A stretch of DNA of 64,000 nt from Octopus vulgaris (Eukaryota): NCBI GenBank assembly GCA_951406725.2, contig OX597823.1:83824001-83888000 (forward strand), read 5' to 3'. The notes beneath the pieces are model-generated. The model did no database searches and was not told the DNA's origin. It saw nothing but the letters and a program-made list of their open reading frames with translations. This document shows, one piece after another, positions 11,601 through 25,520 of the stretch. The stretch's first letter is position 1, and every line of letters begins with the position of its first letter. Both the position numbers and the translations under genes were made by a program.

Positions 11601-11934
11601 TGCACCTTTGTAAGAAGATTATTTATAATTGTTTATTTAATTCATTGTAAGAGTTATAAGTGCAAACTCACTTATCACTGCCTATGCTTTGTTGGAAAGG
11701 AATTTTTATTTTAGATCAGAAATATCTTAATACAAGACAATTAATAACAAAAAATATAAGTTGTTCGTTCTTGTTTTAATTTGTTTCTTCTTTAATTGGC
11801 ACCTTATTTCCAAATTAAGATTGTATATACTGTATATTTCCCATAGTTTCTTCCCGCCAGATTTCCCTCAAAATATAATGATGAACCCAAGTGTGTGATA
11901 AGAAGATGCTTGTCTTGACACTATTTGAATCATA

Positions 11935-12142
11935 CTGATCTTAAATTTTTGGCACGAGGCCAGCCTGTTCGAGCCCAGTAATCAACTGATCAACTCCAGT
12001 ATTCAACTGATACTTAATTAATTGATCCCCAAAGAATGAAAAGCAAATTCGACAACAGCGCAATTTGAACTCTGAACGTAAAGACGGACGAAATGCCACT
12101 AAGTGTTTTGCCAGGAGTGCTAACGGTTCTGCCAGCTCAACT
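11935..12142 (-). mobile_element. SINE family 1, tail C, degenerate
   Basis: ttttggcacgaggccagc ... atttgaactctgaacgtaaagacggacgaaat ... ttctgccagctc. Confidence 0.75.
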
Positions 12143-12921
12143 CCCTGTGCTGGTTATTCATATTAGATTCTGAATATAATGATTATTACTAAAAAGTAAC
12201 GCAACATTTAATTGCATTTTTCCTTCTCTTCTCCAAAAACTAACAGACAGACTGATAGATGTAATGGACGTCCGTTGTTATTCTCTTCTTAGAAACGTGA
12301 CATGAAAAATATTAATTTAGTAATATTTTCAGCACTTGTTGCAGAAGCCAATTTTTACATAAACAAATGACTTTCTCAAAAGCCTTCGAGAAATATCGAG
12401 AAAAAACGAAAAAAAAAAAAAAAAATGAAAATAAAGACAAAAAATTTCAAATGCAATAATATTTTTGCACTTACTATTATCTTTGAATCTCTCTTCAAAT
12501 AATCGAGAAGATTTAGATTTCGATAAAGAAGAAATTGATCAGTATAAATTGGTAGCATATATATATATGTATAACCAGAATAAACCTACAAAGCACTGTG
12601 TGAACGTCGCTTGATTCCAAGTACTAGTCGTCCTAGATGTCGCTGTTGGTGTTTCTAGTTGCTGCTATCAATGTGAATGGCTACTGCTGTGTTGCGATGA
12701 ATAGTCACGTACGATGAACACAAACAAACTGTGTCTAATATGTTGAACTCGACAGTTGTGTGGTTCTGAAACGAGAAAACAAACTTTATTTTATAAATAT
12801 ACATAGTGGTGGGTTTTAGACGAAATTTTGCTTTGAAACCAAATGGTCTCAAGGCTTAGTCTCACTGGGATCCTGGGCAAGTGTTTTCTACTATAGCCCC
12901 GGGAAGAGGGAAACTGAAAGA

Positions 12922-12971
<50 letters not shown>

Positions 12972-12975
<4 letters not shown>

Positions 12976-13175
12976 TAATCCAAACAAGAAAACACAAAAA
13001 AACACAACAACGCGTCCAATGATATAGTATTATTAGACGCTCAGGAAAGAAGGGAAGAAGAGGGTTAACGCTTCGAGCGGAGCTCTTCGTCGGAAACATA
13101 GGAAAAAAAGAGAAGGGAAGACAGAGAAAAAATCGCCAATGGTACACACGAGGTCCCATTTTGAAAAACAACAAC

Positions 13176-13176
<1 letters not shown>
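12972..13176 (-). mobile_element. ~200-bp Penelope-like terminal unit with minimal hammerhead core, between (TA)n tracts
   Basis: Minus strand tttCCGACGAaGAGCtccGCTCGAAgCgtt at ~13067-13093; alignable with 44265-44466, 46228-46430 and 47719-47902. Confidence 0.7.
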
Positions 13177-13213
<37 letters not shown>

Positions 13214-13439
13214 GTTGTTTGAAAAATAGTTCGTTTCCATGTTTTTGTTTTTATGTTTTCGTTTCTCATTGTGTTCAACGTTTTTTGATGTCCTGTACAC
13301 ATATATGCATTTAGATGTAGGTATGTACATATATACATGTATATATGCATATATTGATAGACTATTTATATTATTATATGATCGAACACCACGCATCCTT
13401 TTCCAAGTAAGTTTTATATATTTATCTAGTTTAGCTATC

Positions 13440-13478
<39 letters not shown>

Positions 13479-15195
13479 CACGTGCCATCAGTAATTACTC
13501 AGGGTAGGCAATTGGTGACGTTTATGTAGTGAAACACATACAAAAAAATAATAATCGAAACGCACGCGACTGCGTTGGAGGCAGATTTATTTCTGCTTTT
13601 ACAGCACGTAAAGAAAATGGTGTTGTAGGAGTGTACACAGCATGTTACTCTGCGTAGCTTTAATACTGAGATTGGAAGGCAAAGGCGAATTATGCCTACC
13701 TAATCTACAAAATAATAATAATAACCTTCATAATTGTATAGAATTATGTGCCTATTTTGCCGTAAAAAATGTTATCAAGCTATTTTATTCGGGTTAGGCA
13801 CTGTCTACTTTACCTATCCAGGCGGCGGCGCTGCATATTTGGTGTCGATGAATCAACGCCGACTTATATGACGTCAGACGTTTCAATGTTGCTTTCATTC
13901 TGTCCCTCCCTCTTTGTTTATGCGTGTAGACATCTAGTTATGTTTGTATGTATGTATAATGCTCCTCTTGCTCTCTCTCTCTCTCTCTCTCCCTCTCTCT
14001 CTATCTATCTATATCTCTCTCTACCTGTATTCGTATTGCCACCACAACAGGCTGAAAGTCCAATCACCCACGCCAAATTGTCCGCACCCAAACATCCGCG
14101 CTCGATCGTCTCTTTCTTCTGTAATGCTATGGCTGCTTTCAAAGATGCGCTATTTTTCCAGAATGTAATGCAAACGTACCAAGTCTAATTTTAATTCCCT
14201 GCTTTCCTACTCATGTCAACTTACTACAAACATACTGACCTCACTCATTGCATACACGCCTTCCGTAATTTAAGATTATGTCTCTTGTTAAAGAAGTAGA
14301 TGTGTGCTGATAGTAATGTAAGCATATATAAGTAAATATAAATTTTATGTTTATTTTCTCATCATCTTTGAACAAGATCTTGGCTTCATTATCACATTAC
14401 ATATACACAACCTTCTGGCTACAGGAATATATTTTCGAAAATGGTGTACGTTTTCACATAGTAATGTAAATTTACATTGGTACAAATATTTTTCATGTTC
14501 ACTTACACATGTCCTCTTCGTATTAAATATTTTACCGTACATTAACTTTACACACATACTGAAACACGGTAAACACTTTGTTTACTAAACTCATTTTTGC
14601 GCCATATTTTCCTTTGTACTAGCGGTCCAATTTTGTCATAAATTAGAAGTGGCTTTCTAAATTTTGTAACCCTATATTTCCAGGGTGTCCCAGAATTAAG
14701 TATCTTTGGATCAATTTTTTTTGTTGGGTCATAGTTCATTCACTATATAAACTGATATATTGATTTATATCATAAATATCACGGATGATTCCCGCGGACT
14801 AGAACTAATATCATATTTCTTCTGGACTTTGGGATTCGTGGTGGCACGCGGCTTGATGGTTAGAGAGGTTGCACTTATGATCGTAAGACTGTGGTTTTGA
14901 ATCCTAAACTGCGCGATACGCTGTGTTCTTGAGCAAAATACTTCATTTCACATTATTTCAGTTTACTCAGTTAGCAAAAATATATAATCCTAGGGTGGAC
15001 CAGCATTCCGTTCTTTTTACATAATGAATTTTCCTATCATATACACTATTCTATTCTACTTTGCATAAAACATCAGCTATATTAGTACTTTTGGCTGCCA
15101 TTTTAAAAGTATTCTAGTGTTTCAATATTTTAATAAAACGATGGAACTTTTTTAAATTACACACACACACACAGACATACACACACAGACACACA

Positions 15196-15242
<47 letters not shown>

Positions 15243-15449
15243 ACACTCACACACACACACATATATATATATATATACATATTTCTTCGTAAGCCCACAT
15301 ATACATGCATATATCCGTACATACAAACATATATGCATTGCTACATATATACATTCATTCACACACTCAGGGATACATATATACATAAATGCATGCGTAC
15401 ATGCATATATTCAAGCATGTATATATAGCTGTATAACTACATATACATG

Positions 15450-16100
15450 TATAAATTTAAATAATAAGCGTGAAAAATTGAATATTAATTTGATAAATAT
15501 CAATTAAAAACCAGTGGCCCAGCATATTGAAAAATCTGAAGATTCGGAAAAAATTATGCTACATACATATAAGAGGGATGACCACTAAGTGGACATCCAT
15601 TATACTACAGGTAGACCCCATGTGGTCTGACTACTAAGAAAATATTGTTCTCAAGAAAATTCGCCAAACGCCAGAACGTAAGCGACCAACACAAATGAAA
15701 AGATGTAAAATATAAAGATTAATCACAAACCCGATTTCATTCTTACCACTTACGTAATATTTACGTAAATGTCCGCAATTCATCAGTGTAATCGTCATAG
15801 CAAAATGTAATTTGAAGAACTATACACGAGACGTCCGCATCACATTGAACATGCATATAGTTTTACCTATTACATTTGGGGTTATATTTCAAAAGTATTC
15901 GTTTTGGCGCGCCAAAAAACCGGAAATAATTCTGCAGGAAAAAATTCTCTGCAATGAGTTTTGCCGGTTAGAAAACATGGTTATTTAAATTTAAATAATA
16001 AGGATGAAAAATTGAATATTAATTTGATTAATATCAATTTAAAACCATTGGCCTAGTATACTGAAAAATCAGAAGATTCAGAAAAATTATATTACATACG
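15450..16100 (-). mobile_element. Penelope-like remnant with ~110-bp direct repeats and a hammerhead-like core
   Basis: 15450-15570 and 15986-16100 are direct repeats, with a third copy at 25329-25425. Minus strand CTGATGA-att..catttacgtaa/ttacgtaagtg..aat-GAAA at 15735-15786. Confidence 0.55.
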
Positions 16101-16117
16101 TATACATATATATCCCT

Positions 16118-16213
<96 letters not shown>

Positions 16214-16214
16214 C

Positions 16215-16437
16215 TTTTATTCTTTTCAGTCATTTGATCGCGGCCATGCTGGAGCACCGCCTTAAATAGTTTTAGTCGAACAAATCTACCCCAGGTCTAT
16301 TTCTTTGTAAGTTTAGTACTTATTCTATCGGTCTATTTTGTCGCATCGCTAAGTTGCGGAGGCGTAAACACACTAGCATCACTTGTCGAGCGATGGCGGG
16401 GAGACAGAGACACAAAGATACACACACGCACACACAG

Positions 16438-16440
<3 letters not shown>
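16215..16440 (-). mobile_element. SINE family 2, 3' half
   Basis: ttcagtcatttgatcgcggccatgctggagcaccgcc ... tattctatcggtct. Confidence 0.85.
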
Positions 16441-16518
<78 letters not shown>

Positions 16519-17207
16519 CATACATACATACACACACAACATACACATAGAATACATGGATGTAACGATGACGAAACAATCGTCGATATTATAACTTATT
16601 TATCACTTAGTCTCAATGTCCTTGAATTTAACCAATAATATTCAATACAATAACAACTTCCTAACAACATTGTTGAAATAATTATATCGTTTAATGTACA
16701 AGATATCTATCCAAACCCATTTAAGGTGAGGTCTATTCAATACTAATTCCAATGTTTCCTCGGCAGTATGATTAAAACAAAACATTTGCTTAACGGACAG
16801 TTAACACAAAGCCGCAGATTAAAGTTACGTGACAACAGTTGTCTGACTGACGTATTGCGTCAGATCCACTCACTCCTTCGTAAGAGGTTATTCATTCTTA
16901 TCTAGTTGAAAGTTACTAGGTTAAAATTAGGGTTATTAGTGACGTTAAAGAAATGTCATGGACATTTTTCTGTGAGGTCTGTATAATCTAGATAAAACTT
17001 GTTCTTTCTCGTTAAAGTTTGATATAAACAGTGACCTGGGTCACACACTATGGATGAGGGTATACGGGTTGACGATATTTTAGCCAGAATTTGACCGGTA
17101 TTTTATTCTAGCCATTTGGAGTGATAAAGTAAATTTAAACTCGCTATAATTTGAACCCAGACCGTAGTATCATAATTAAATACCCCATTATTTTAAAATG
17201 AGGATTA

Positions 17208-17700
17208 ACATCGGTTTCTAATTTTGGCACAAGGCTATCAGATCCAAGCGAGAGGATGAGTTGAGTATATCGACCCCGGTGCTCAAATGGTACTTACTTT
17301 ATTCCTTACTGTTCTATGCACAAGGCCCGAAATTTTGGAGGAGGGGACCAGTCGATTAGCTCGACCCCAGTGTGTAATTGGTACTTAATTTATCGACTTC
17401 GGAAGGATGAAAAGCAAAGTCGACCTCGGCGGAATTTGAACTCAGAACATAAAGACAGATGAAATACCTATTTCTTTACTACTCACAAGGGGCTAAACAT
17501 AGAGAGAACAAACAAGGACAGACAAGCGGATTAAGTCGATTAATCGACTCCAGCTCGTAACTAGTACTTATTTAATCGACTCCGAAAGGATGAAAGGCAA
17601 AGTCGACTTCGGCGGAATTTGAACTCGGAACGTAGAGGCAGACGAAATACCGCTAAGCATTTTGCCCGGCGTGCTAACGATTCTGCCAGCTTGTTGTCTT
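17208..17700 (-). mobile_element. Nested family-1 SINEs: old tail-C piece (17208-17300) plus a composite head-body-tailA-body-tailB (17300-17700)
   Basis: Junction gaaatacc|tatttc at ~17461-17474 joins tail A to a second body. Confidence 0.85.
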
Positions 17701-17757
17701 CATATAATTATATAATTACATGATTCAAAACGTCATATAATTATTCCTACCCCGAAT

Positions 17758-17966
17758 AAGGCAGCGAGGTGGCAGAATCAGTACCGTCTCAGGCCAGTTG
17801 TTAGGTTTCATTTCTCCCATCTTTACGTTTAAATCCCGCCGAGGTCGATTTTCCCTTCATCCTTTCGGAGTCGATAAAATAAGTACCAGTTAAACACTAG
17901 GGTTGATGTTATTGACTTAACCCTCCCCAAAAATTGCAGGCCTTTTGTCAAAATTTCAAGCCAATT
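17758..17966 (+). mobile_element. SINE family 1, tail C
   Basis: aaggcagcgaggtggcagaatc ... catcctttcggagtcgataaaataagtaccag ... ggccttttgtcaaaatttcaagccaat. Confidence 0.8.
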
Positions 17967-18418
17967 TTTCTCCCTGCATTATACGAGCTTTTCCAATCTC
18001 ACGAACTTCAACCTATAATAGCAAATAAGTAATCTCTTTGATAAGTTAGGTTGTGTGTGTGTGTGTCTGTGTGTATGTTTGTGTGTGTGTGCGTGTGTGT
18101 GTGTGTCTGAATATACATGTGTGCATGATTTTAAAAATTTTGTTGCTAATTGCTGGTTAGATGCTCAGATCTGAAACATTGTGCTCAAGTGTAAATTCAG
18201 CCGACGTATTTTATTTTATGATTAAGTCTCAGGTCTTAAGTTATGACGTTAAAGGTGGAGAAAAATTTAGAGGAAACCACAGCCTTCGGCTATTTTACAC
18301 CCTCGTGTCCTGTCGATAACAACTTTACCTTTCATCATTCCTGGTGTCTACAAAAATAAGGTACAGTTCAAATATTTGGCATTGTATCAAAATCAGAAGC
18401 CAATATTACTATAGTGGA

Positions 18419-18860
18419 AAGGCGGCGAGCTGGCAGAAACGTTAGCACGCTGGGCGAAATGCTTAGTAGTATTTCGTCTGTCTTTACATTTTGAGTTCAA
18501 ATTCCGCCGAGGTCGACTTTCATCCTTTCATCCTTTAGGGGTCGATAAATTAAGTACCAGTTGCATGCTGAGGTTGATCGACTCGACTGGCCCACTCCCT
18601 AAAACTTTCGGGCCTTGTGCCTAGAGCAGAAATGAGTATTACTAAAGACGAGGTAATGGGCTGGCAGAATCGTTAGCACGCTGGGAAAAATGCTCAGCGG
18701 CATCTCGTTCGTCTTCACGTCCTGAGTTCAAATTCCACCAAAGCTGACCTAGCCTTTCATCCATTAGGAGTCTCTAAAATAAACACCTGTTGATCACGGG
18801 AGTCGATATAATCGACTTACGCAAAATTACTGGCCTTGTGCCAAAATTTGAAACCAATGT
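18419..18860 (+). mobile_element. Two adjacent family-1 SINEs (tail B 18419-18640; tail C 18650-18860)
   Basis: Each has its own ctggcagaa(a/t)cgttagcacgctgg head and B box gagttcaaattcc. Confidence 0.85.
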
Positions 18861-19194
18861 TATTTCAACTGAATGAATTGAAGTTATTTTTTTTCTCCAG
18901 AGACAAATGGGAAATAGAGTTTCCAAAAGTAATGAGATATTAAAAACACCAATTTGAAACACAAAGAGCAACAAGTCCACTAATGAGCTTTTATTTGCTT
19001 ATCTGTCACTTCCGATTATTCTCTGAACACCAGCAATTCTATTATCCCAAATGAGATTCCTTATTCTGTTTCTGCTATTGTTTCTGTTTCATTTCACTTT
19101 TATAACTAATAATCAAGATGGCATTTCTGAAAAAAAATTTGGTCTAAGCTTGCCTTCGTTGTGAAACAAGCTGCATTATGACATAAATACAACT

Positions 19195-19390
19195 CGGCCA
19201 TCACCATGATTGACCGCTAGCTACTATGCTTTCTTTTTTTATTCTCTCTCTCTTTATTTTCTCGTGTTCCTTTCTCGAAGAGCGTAGGCTCAAAACGTAA
19301 AAGACTTTCTCACCTTCCTGAGGGTTAAACTAATACATCTGTTTGTTGTTTACACACCTGTCTTCGTCTTTTGTATTTTGTAAATTCCAA
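19195..19390 (+). mobile_element. Penelope-like ~200-bp unit with degenerate hammerhead, followed by (TA)n
   Basis: ttctcgaaGAGCgtagGCTCaaaacgtaaaa at 19272-19302, then ttcctgag and a T-rich tail as in the other copies. Confidence 0.5.
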
Positions 19391-19447
<57 letters not shown>

Positions 19448-19448
<1 letters not shown>

Positions 19449-20694
19449 CTGGTCATCCCATAAATAATGCAGTTTTTTTCAATTACATGAGCTAAAAGTC
19501 GGAGGTGGACAGGATGACCCACCTGCATCAACTTGCTATGAAAGCAGGTAGTAATTTTACCTTAAAAGACTTACACTTAGTGCAAGTTTTGAAGAGTGCA
19601 GCTCAATTTTAACAGTTATTTTTTCAAAGCTCTAATGGAAGCAACAAAGGAGCATATTCGACATATTTTGCTCTATGAGTTCAGTTAATGCAACAACGCA
19701 ACGGAAAGTGTGTGGAATATTATTGCAGTATGGGGGGATCGGAAATAAGCGTAACGGTGGTTCCAGAATTTCTGAGCAGGAAACTACAGCCTAGAAGACG
19801 AACTTTGTCCTGGAAGATCTGGAGAGCTCGGCGAGGACGTCCTTCAAACCCTGGTGGAATCCCATCGTAGCTGTTGAGGAACTAGCAGAGAAGCTTGGAT
19901 TTGGTTATTCAACTATTCACCGACAACTACATGCCATCGGTAAAGTTAGTGAATTGGGTCAATGGGTTCCTCACAAACTTTCCGAGTCTAATCGCGCGGA
20001 GAGTCTGAATGTGTACTCTTCTTAGCTGTCACATATCCCGAATGAACTTTTTTTGGACCGAAAGATGACTGGTAACGAGAAATGGGTTCTCTATAGAAAT
20101 GTCAAGCACCGAAGACAATGGGTAGGGAAAGGAGAAACACCGGCACCCCAGGCTAGAGAAGGTCTCTACTCATGAAAAGTGTTATATGCTTAGTGGGTTA
20201 TTAACGGTTTAGTCCACTTTGAACTTTTGAACTCAAAACCAAACGATAACAAAAGAGATCTACTGCGATCAGCTTGAGCACCTTAAATCAGCGCTAGAAG
20301 AAAAATAGCCATATTTGGTTTCAAGACGAAAAGTGTACTTCCATCAGGATAATGCTAGGCCACATACAGTGTGGATGACATTCCAAAGGCTGGAGCAGTT
20401 TAAATAGGCAACGATTGCCCCATCCACCATATTATCCGGACAGTGCCTCATTTGATTATCATTTATTAAGCAGTCTTCAAAATCATTTAGGCGAAAAAAA
20501 TATGAATACTGGAGGAATACTTTTCGTCACGGACAAGTGAATTTTGGAAGAGAAGTCTTGCAATCTACTAGATAGATGGAAGAGCATTGTAGAAAAATGA
20601 AGGAGAGTATATTTAAGATTTGTCAAAAATAACTTTATCTTAATTTTGAAAAATAGAAGTATAAAAAAACCGCATTATTTATAAGATGACCCAA
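19448..20694 (+). mobile_element. Full-length decayed mariner (Tc1/mariner) transposon, ~1.25 kb
   Basis: TIRs ggtcatcccataaataatgcagttttttt / aaaaaaaccgcattatttataagatgacc with TA flanks. Transposase from ATG 19635 (MEATKEHIRHILLYEF) with WVPHKLSESNR, TGNEKWVLYRNVKHRRQW, FHQDNARPHT and HPPYYPD motifs; many frameshifts and stops. Confidence 0.93.
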
Positions 20695-20856
20695 TATATA
20701 ATGATATATAATAATGTCCTGTTTTCATCTAGTTTCATTCGCTCCCCATCAGCTTTTCTCTGACTGTCTGTCTGAATTTCTCTCTCTCTCTCTCTTTCTC
20801 TCTCCCCCTCTCTCTCCTCGCCAGAATTTTAACTCAGAACATAGAGTCGGAAGAAA

Positions 20857-21108
20857 TACCTATTTCTTTATTACCAACAAGGGGCTAAACACAGAGGGGA
20901 CAAACAAGGACAGACATAGGTATTAAGTCGATTACATCGACTCCAGTGCGTAACTGGTACTTAATTTATCGACCCCGAAAGGATGAAAGGCAAAGTCGAC
21001 CTCGGCGGAATTTGAACTCACAACGTAACGCAGACGAAATACCGCTAAGCATTTCGCCCGGCGTGCTAACGTTTCTGCCAGCTCGCCGCCTTGCCAGCTC
21101 GCCGCCTT
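20857..21108 (-). mobile_element. SINE family 1, tail A, young, inserted inside an older family-1 copy
   Basis: 15-bp TSD gtcggaagaaatacc at 20846-20860 and 21113-21127. The flanks (aactcagaacatagag / cttaagtattttgtccg) are the two halves of an old family-1 head region. 16-bp duplication of the 5' end. Confidence 0.9.
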
Positions 21109-21770
21109 TACTGTCGGAAGAAATACCCTTAAGTATTTTGTCCGTAGTACCAGATCACTGCCTTCCAATTTAATTAACAATCCTTGCAACCATCACAGTG
21201 TCTTTAATTACTTAAATCTTAGCAACACAATGAGCCTAACACGTGTCGAGCCTGTCATGACCACGAGTTACATGAGATATGATTTTGGTTTATAAACTGA
21301 TCTTTTAATGCTAGGTTGCTTCTACTGCCATTCTTTCTTGAATTATAATTCTTATTTAAATCTTTTTAAGATACACCAAGATGTCTTTCGAAATTAATTA
21401 TTCTAAAATCATTCAAACTAAGACTTTGAATCTGTCACATTTTATTTGTGAAATATTGAAATGCGATTTTAAAATGACAGGTAATGTGTGAAATAATTCA
21501 ACATAGTTAATAAATGTTGTTAATATGGTAAACTTGAAAAATACGGCGAGTTGGCGGAGTCGTTAACGCGCCGGACGAAATGCGTAGTCGTATTTCGTCT
21601 GCCAGAAATCTGGGATCTGGAATTATCCAGTAATTTTTTGTTAGTTTTATTTTGTCTTTTTGTCTTCTCTCCTTGTGTTATATGAACACTTAAGGTGGTT
21701 TTAGAGTCAGATCCTGGGTGCTATTTTCAACATGGCGGTATCTCGTAGATACCCTAAGTTATAATTTTAA

Positions 21771-21847
<77 letters not shown>

Positions 21848-22501
21848 ATATAAGGAAAGATCATCAAAAGTGTATTCCAACTGATGAGAGATAAATATTA
21901 TTTAATAAACACACTGTATACTTTTATGAGCTACTAATAGTTTCATGTAATGCAAGCGACGCAGATAGCATTATATAACACGTCTCGTGTCTTCACGCAA
22001 TCTTCAGATTATGCCCGATGTTGTAAACTTTGTAAATAGTAGAGAAGAGTAAAAAAAAACTCTACACAGGGATTATTTTATGCAGCTTCTTACAGAGAGT
22101 GGAAATATTTCCTTATTTTGTCCCACATCCTGCGGGATTTCTTTACCGCTTCACTCACTTTGGTAAAACCCTCGATTAGCACTTGTCCAAGGTGTTCCCG
22201 CTGTACGATCGAACTTGTAAGCACGTTCTAGCGTCGCGTCGTCCTTAATCACAGCCTTTTGCTAAAGGTTATTTCAAATCTACACTAAATTAGTCTGAAA
22301 TGTATTGACTGATAAACAGCAATTAATTTTATAGGCAATAATAGCGTGAAATGTTTTAATTACGAATTTACATCAGATAATGTAAATATACCATAATTAA
22401 TACAATATAAATAGAAATTAATATTGATATATTCGATGTAAAATCGCAGATTTGAGTTTTAGGGATATAGCTAATCATTATCAATCTACTACATATGAAA
22501 A

Positions 22502-22805
22502 CGGAGGCACATGGCCTAGTAGTTAGAGCAGCGGTTGAGAGATCGCGGGTTCGAATCTCAGACCGAGCGATGTGTATTTTTATAAGCGAAATACCTAAGC
22601 TCCACGCGGCTCCGGCAGAAGGTAATGGCGAACTTCTGCTGACTCTTTCGCCACAACTTTCTCTCACTCTTTCCTCCTGCATCTAGCAGCTCACCTGTGA
22701 CGGACCGGCGTGCCGTCCAGGTGGGGAACCTATACGCCAAGGAAATTGAGAAACCGGCCCTATGAGCCAGTCGTGGTTCGAGAAGGAACAAGCAACAACA
22801 ACAAC
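22502..22805 (+). mobile_element. SINE family 3 (tRNA-Arg-like head, CAA-repeat tail)
   Basis: ggaggcacatggcctagtagttagagc A box, gggttcgaatctc B box, gaaaccggccctatgagcc tail; TSD-like acatatgaaaacgg / acatgtgaaaacgg. Confidence 0.88.
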
Positions 22806-22814
22806 ATGTGAAAA

Positions 22815-23220
22815 CGGCGAGTCGGCAGAATGCTTAGTGGTATTTCGTTCATCTACGTTCTGAGTTCAAACTCTGCCGAGGTCGACTTTGCCTTTGATCC
22901 TTCCGGGGTCGATAAAATAAGTACCAACTGAGTACGGGGGTCGATGTAAACGACTATCTTCCTCCTCCATATTTCAGGCCTTTCTACCTATAGTAAAGAG
23001 GATCATTAATCTACTACATATGAAGACGGCAAGTCAGCGATGGCTTAGCGATATTTGGTACATCTCTATGTTCTGAGTGAAAATTCTACCGAGGTCCACT
23101 TTGCGAATCATTCTCTCAGTGTCGGTAAAACAAGCCCTAGAAGAGCCCTGGGGTCGATGTAATCGACTAGCTCCCTCCCATAAAATTTCAGGTCGTCTGC
23201 CTTGTGTAGAAAGAATTAAT
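22815..23220 (+). mobile_element. Old tandem pair of family-1 tail-B SINEs sharing the same head deletion
   Basis: Both heads lack cgttagcacgccgggcgaaa; units are delimited by aatctactacatatgaa at ~22483 and ~23008. Confidence 0.7.
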
Positions 23221-23294
23221 CTATTATATGATGTTGCTATTATATTATTAACTTCAGAATGAAGATCTGCAGACACGGAATTTCAACTTAATGT

Positions 23295-23671
23295 ATTCTT
23301 TTCTAGTCTAGGCATAAGGCCTGAAATTTTGGGGGAGGAGGCCAGTCGATTAGATCGACCTCAGTATGCAACTGGTACTTAATTAATCGACCTCTCGGCG
23401 GAATTTGAACTCAGAACGTAAACACAGACGAAATACCTATTTCTTTACTACCCACAAGGGGCTAAACACAGAAGGGACAAACAAGGACAGACAAACGGAT
23501 TAAGTCGATTATATCGACCCCAGTGCGTAACTGGTACTTCTTTAATCGACCACGAAAGGATGAAAGGCAAAGTCGATCTCGGCGGCATTTGAACTCAGAA
23601 CGTAACGGCAGACGAAATACCGCTAAGCATCTCGCCCGGCGTGCTAACGTTTCTGCCAGCTCGCTACCTTC
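23295..23671 (-). mobile_element. Composite family-1 SINE: head-body-tailA-body-tailB
   Basis: Junction gacgaaatacc|tatttc at ~23427-23443; single head at 23610-23671. Confidence 0.9.
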
Positions 23672-24764
23672 ATTAACTTATAGTATTGAATAAAGGAAGT
23701 ATGACTAAGTTATTGTAATTTCTTCATGCTTCTATTAGTGAAAAATCTCGTTGAATTTGTGGTCTGCTTCCCAAAGTGTAACACATTCTTTAAACTAGCG
23801 TGTCACCAATTTTAGAAAACAAATTAAGTATACTATGTTATATATTATAAAAGTTTCATGAATAGTCTTGTGTGCATTTTCACTTTACAAAAAAAGTAAG
23901 CAAAAAATAAAACATCCAAATAAATAAATAAAAGAAAGAAAGAACGAAAAAAACAGAAGTTTGTTGATAAGAATTGTTTCATTTTTTAAAAAAATCTTTC
24001 ATTGAAATACGATATTTCAAAAAAAAAAAATAATAATAATAAAGTTAAATGACGCTCACTTAAAAAAAAAGTGCCGCTTCAAAAAGGATAAATATCGATC
24101 AAACGATTGAATGTTTTAATAATTAAGTTTGGTTAATGAATGAAAATTTCAGATAACCGTGTCGATAGGTAGTTACAGATAGCTATATTACGTCAGTAGC
24201 GTTATATTTTTATGTTAGCCTCGACCACTGAGCTGTAATTATGTATCGTGTAGAGGGACACACACACACACAACATATTTTTGTTCACAGACGTGATAAA
24301 TACTTTATAATTAAACGGCTGCTTCGATAGCATGTATTGGTGAGCTCAGTGTCACCATGGGATAATATTCTCTAAGAACAAGGTTCTACTGAATTAAAGA
24401 AAAAAAAGAAGTGTTATTGATTCATAATTAATTAAACAAGCGCCTCAGTCTATCTAACTTACATTTAAGTAATATAATAACTAATAAATATTATTTAAGA
24501 AACAGCTACAACATGGAAGAGAGATGACACAAATATTGTTATATTTACCTTTGCTTTATTTTACAATATTATTACTACAGAATATTTCTATAGGTTTCTA
24601 ATCAACTCTATTCCCTATGTGCAGACAAATGTGCAGACATCTCGCCTCTATATAATCTCTGAGAACAAATTGAAAAAGGGAAACAGTTGGATTTGTCCCA
24701 ATCAAGTAATGGATTTTGTAATATTTTTAATGGTTAAGAAGTTATTTACTTAATCCCTTCACAC

Positions 24765-24900
24765 TCTACAGAGAGTAGACTATAGGAGACATCTCTTCAC
24801 TGTTCTCGACTCTGGGCTGCCTCTTCTGTTTTTCTCCAGTTAAATCCCTGCTTTTTGTTCTTAGCTTTCTTTCGGATTTTGCTGCATCGAATGATAGATT
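24765..24900 (-). pseudogene. RTE-type LINE extreme 3' end remnant
   Basis: Minus strand KQGFNWRKTEEAAQSREQ*RDVSYSLLSVECEGIK* followed by taagtaa resembles RTE ORF termini (W...A.DR..WR). Confidence 0.5.
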
Positions 24901-25242
24901 TCCCTGAAGGGCGGTATTTCTCTTTCAATTCGTTTTGGTTTTGAATTGTCATCAATGCATATGTAAGTTTAGCTTTTTTTTTCTACGTAGGGTTGTTGGC
25001 GCCGAAGCAAAACTATTTTTACGTCTGGAAAGAGATGATCCATATTGGACACGGAGAGATGAACTTTTTCTAAAGCGGGTGGGCCACAGTATTTAATAAC
25101 TCCTTTACTTTTTGTTTTCAATTTATAACACCACGCCATCATATATATAGGAAATAAATGTGTAGTGGATGAGGAAAGACCACATCTTGAATAATACAAA
25201 AAAGTAATAAAAAGATTATTAATATATTTATATATATGTGTG

Positions 25243-25313
<71 letters not shown>

Positions 25314-25473
25314 TTATATATATATATATAAATTAAATAATAAGGGTAGGAATTGATATCAATCAATTAAAACCAGTGGCTAAGCATATTTTAAAAATCC
25401 GAAGATTAAAAATTGTGTTACATATGTTTAGCATATTACGTGTCCACTTTAGTGGTCATTCCTCTTAATTTTG

Positions 25474-25520
<47 letters not shown>

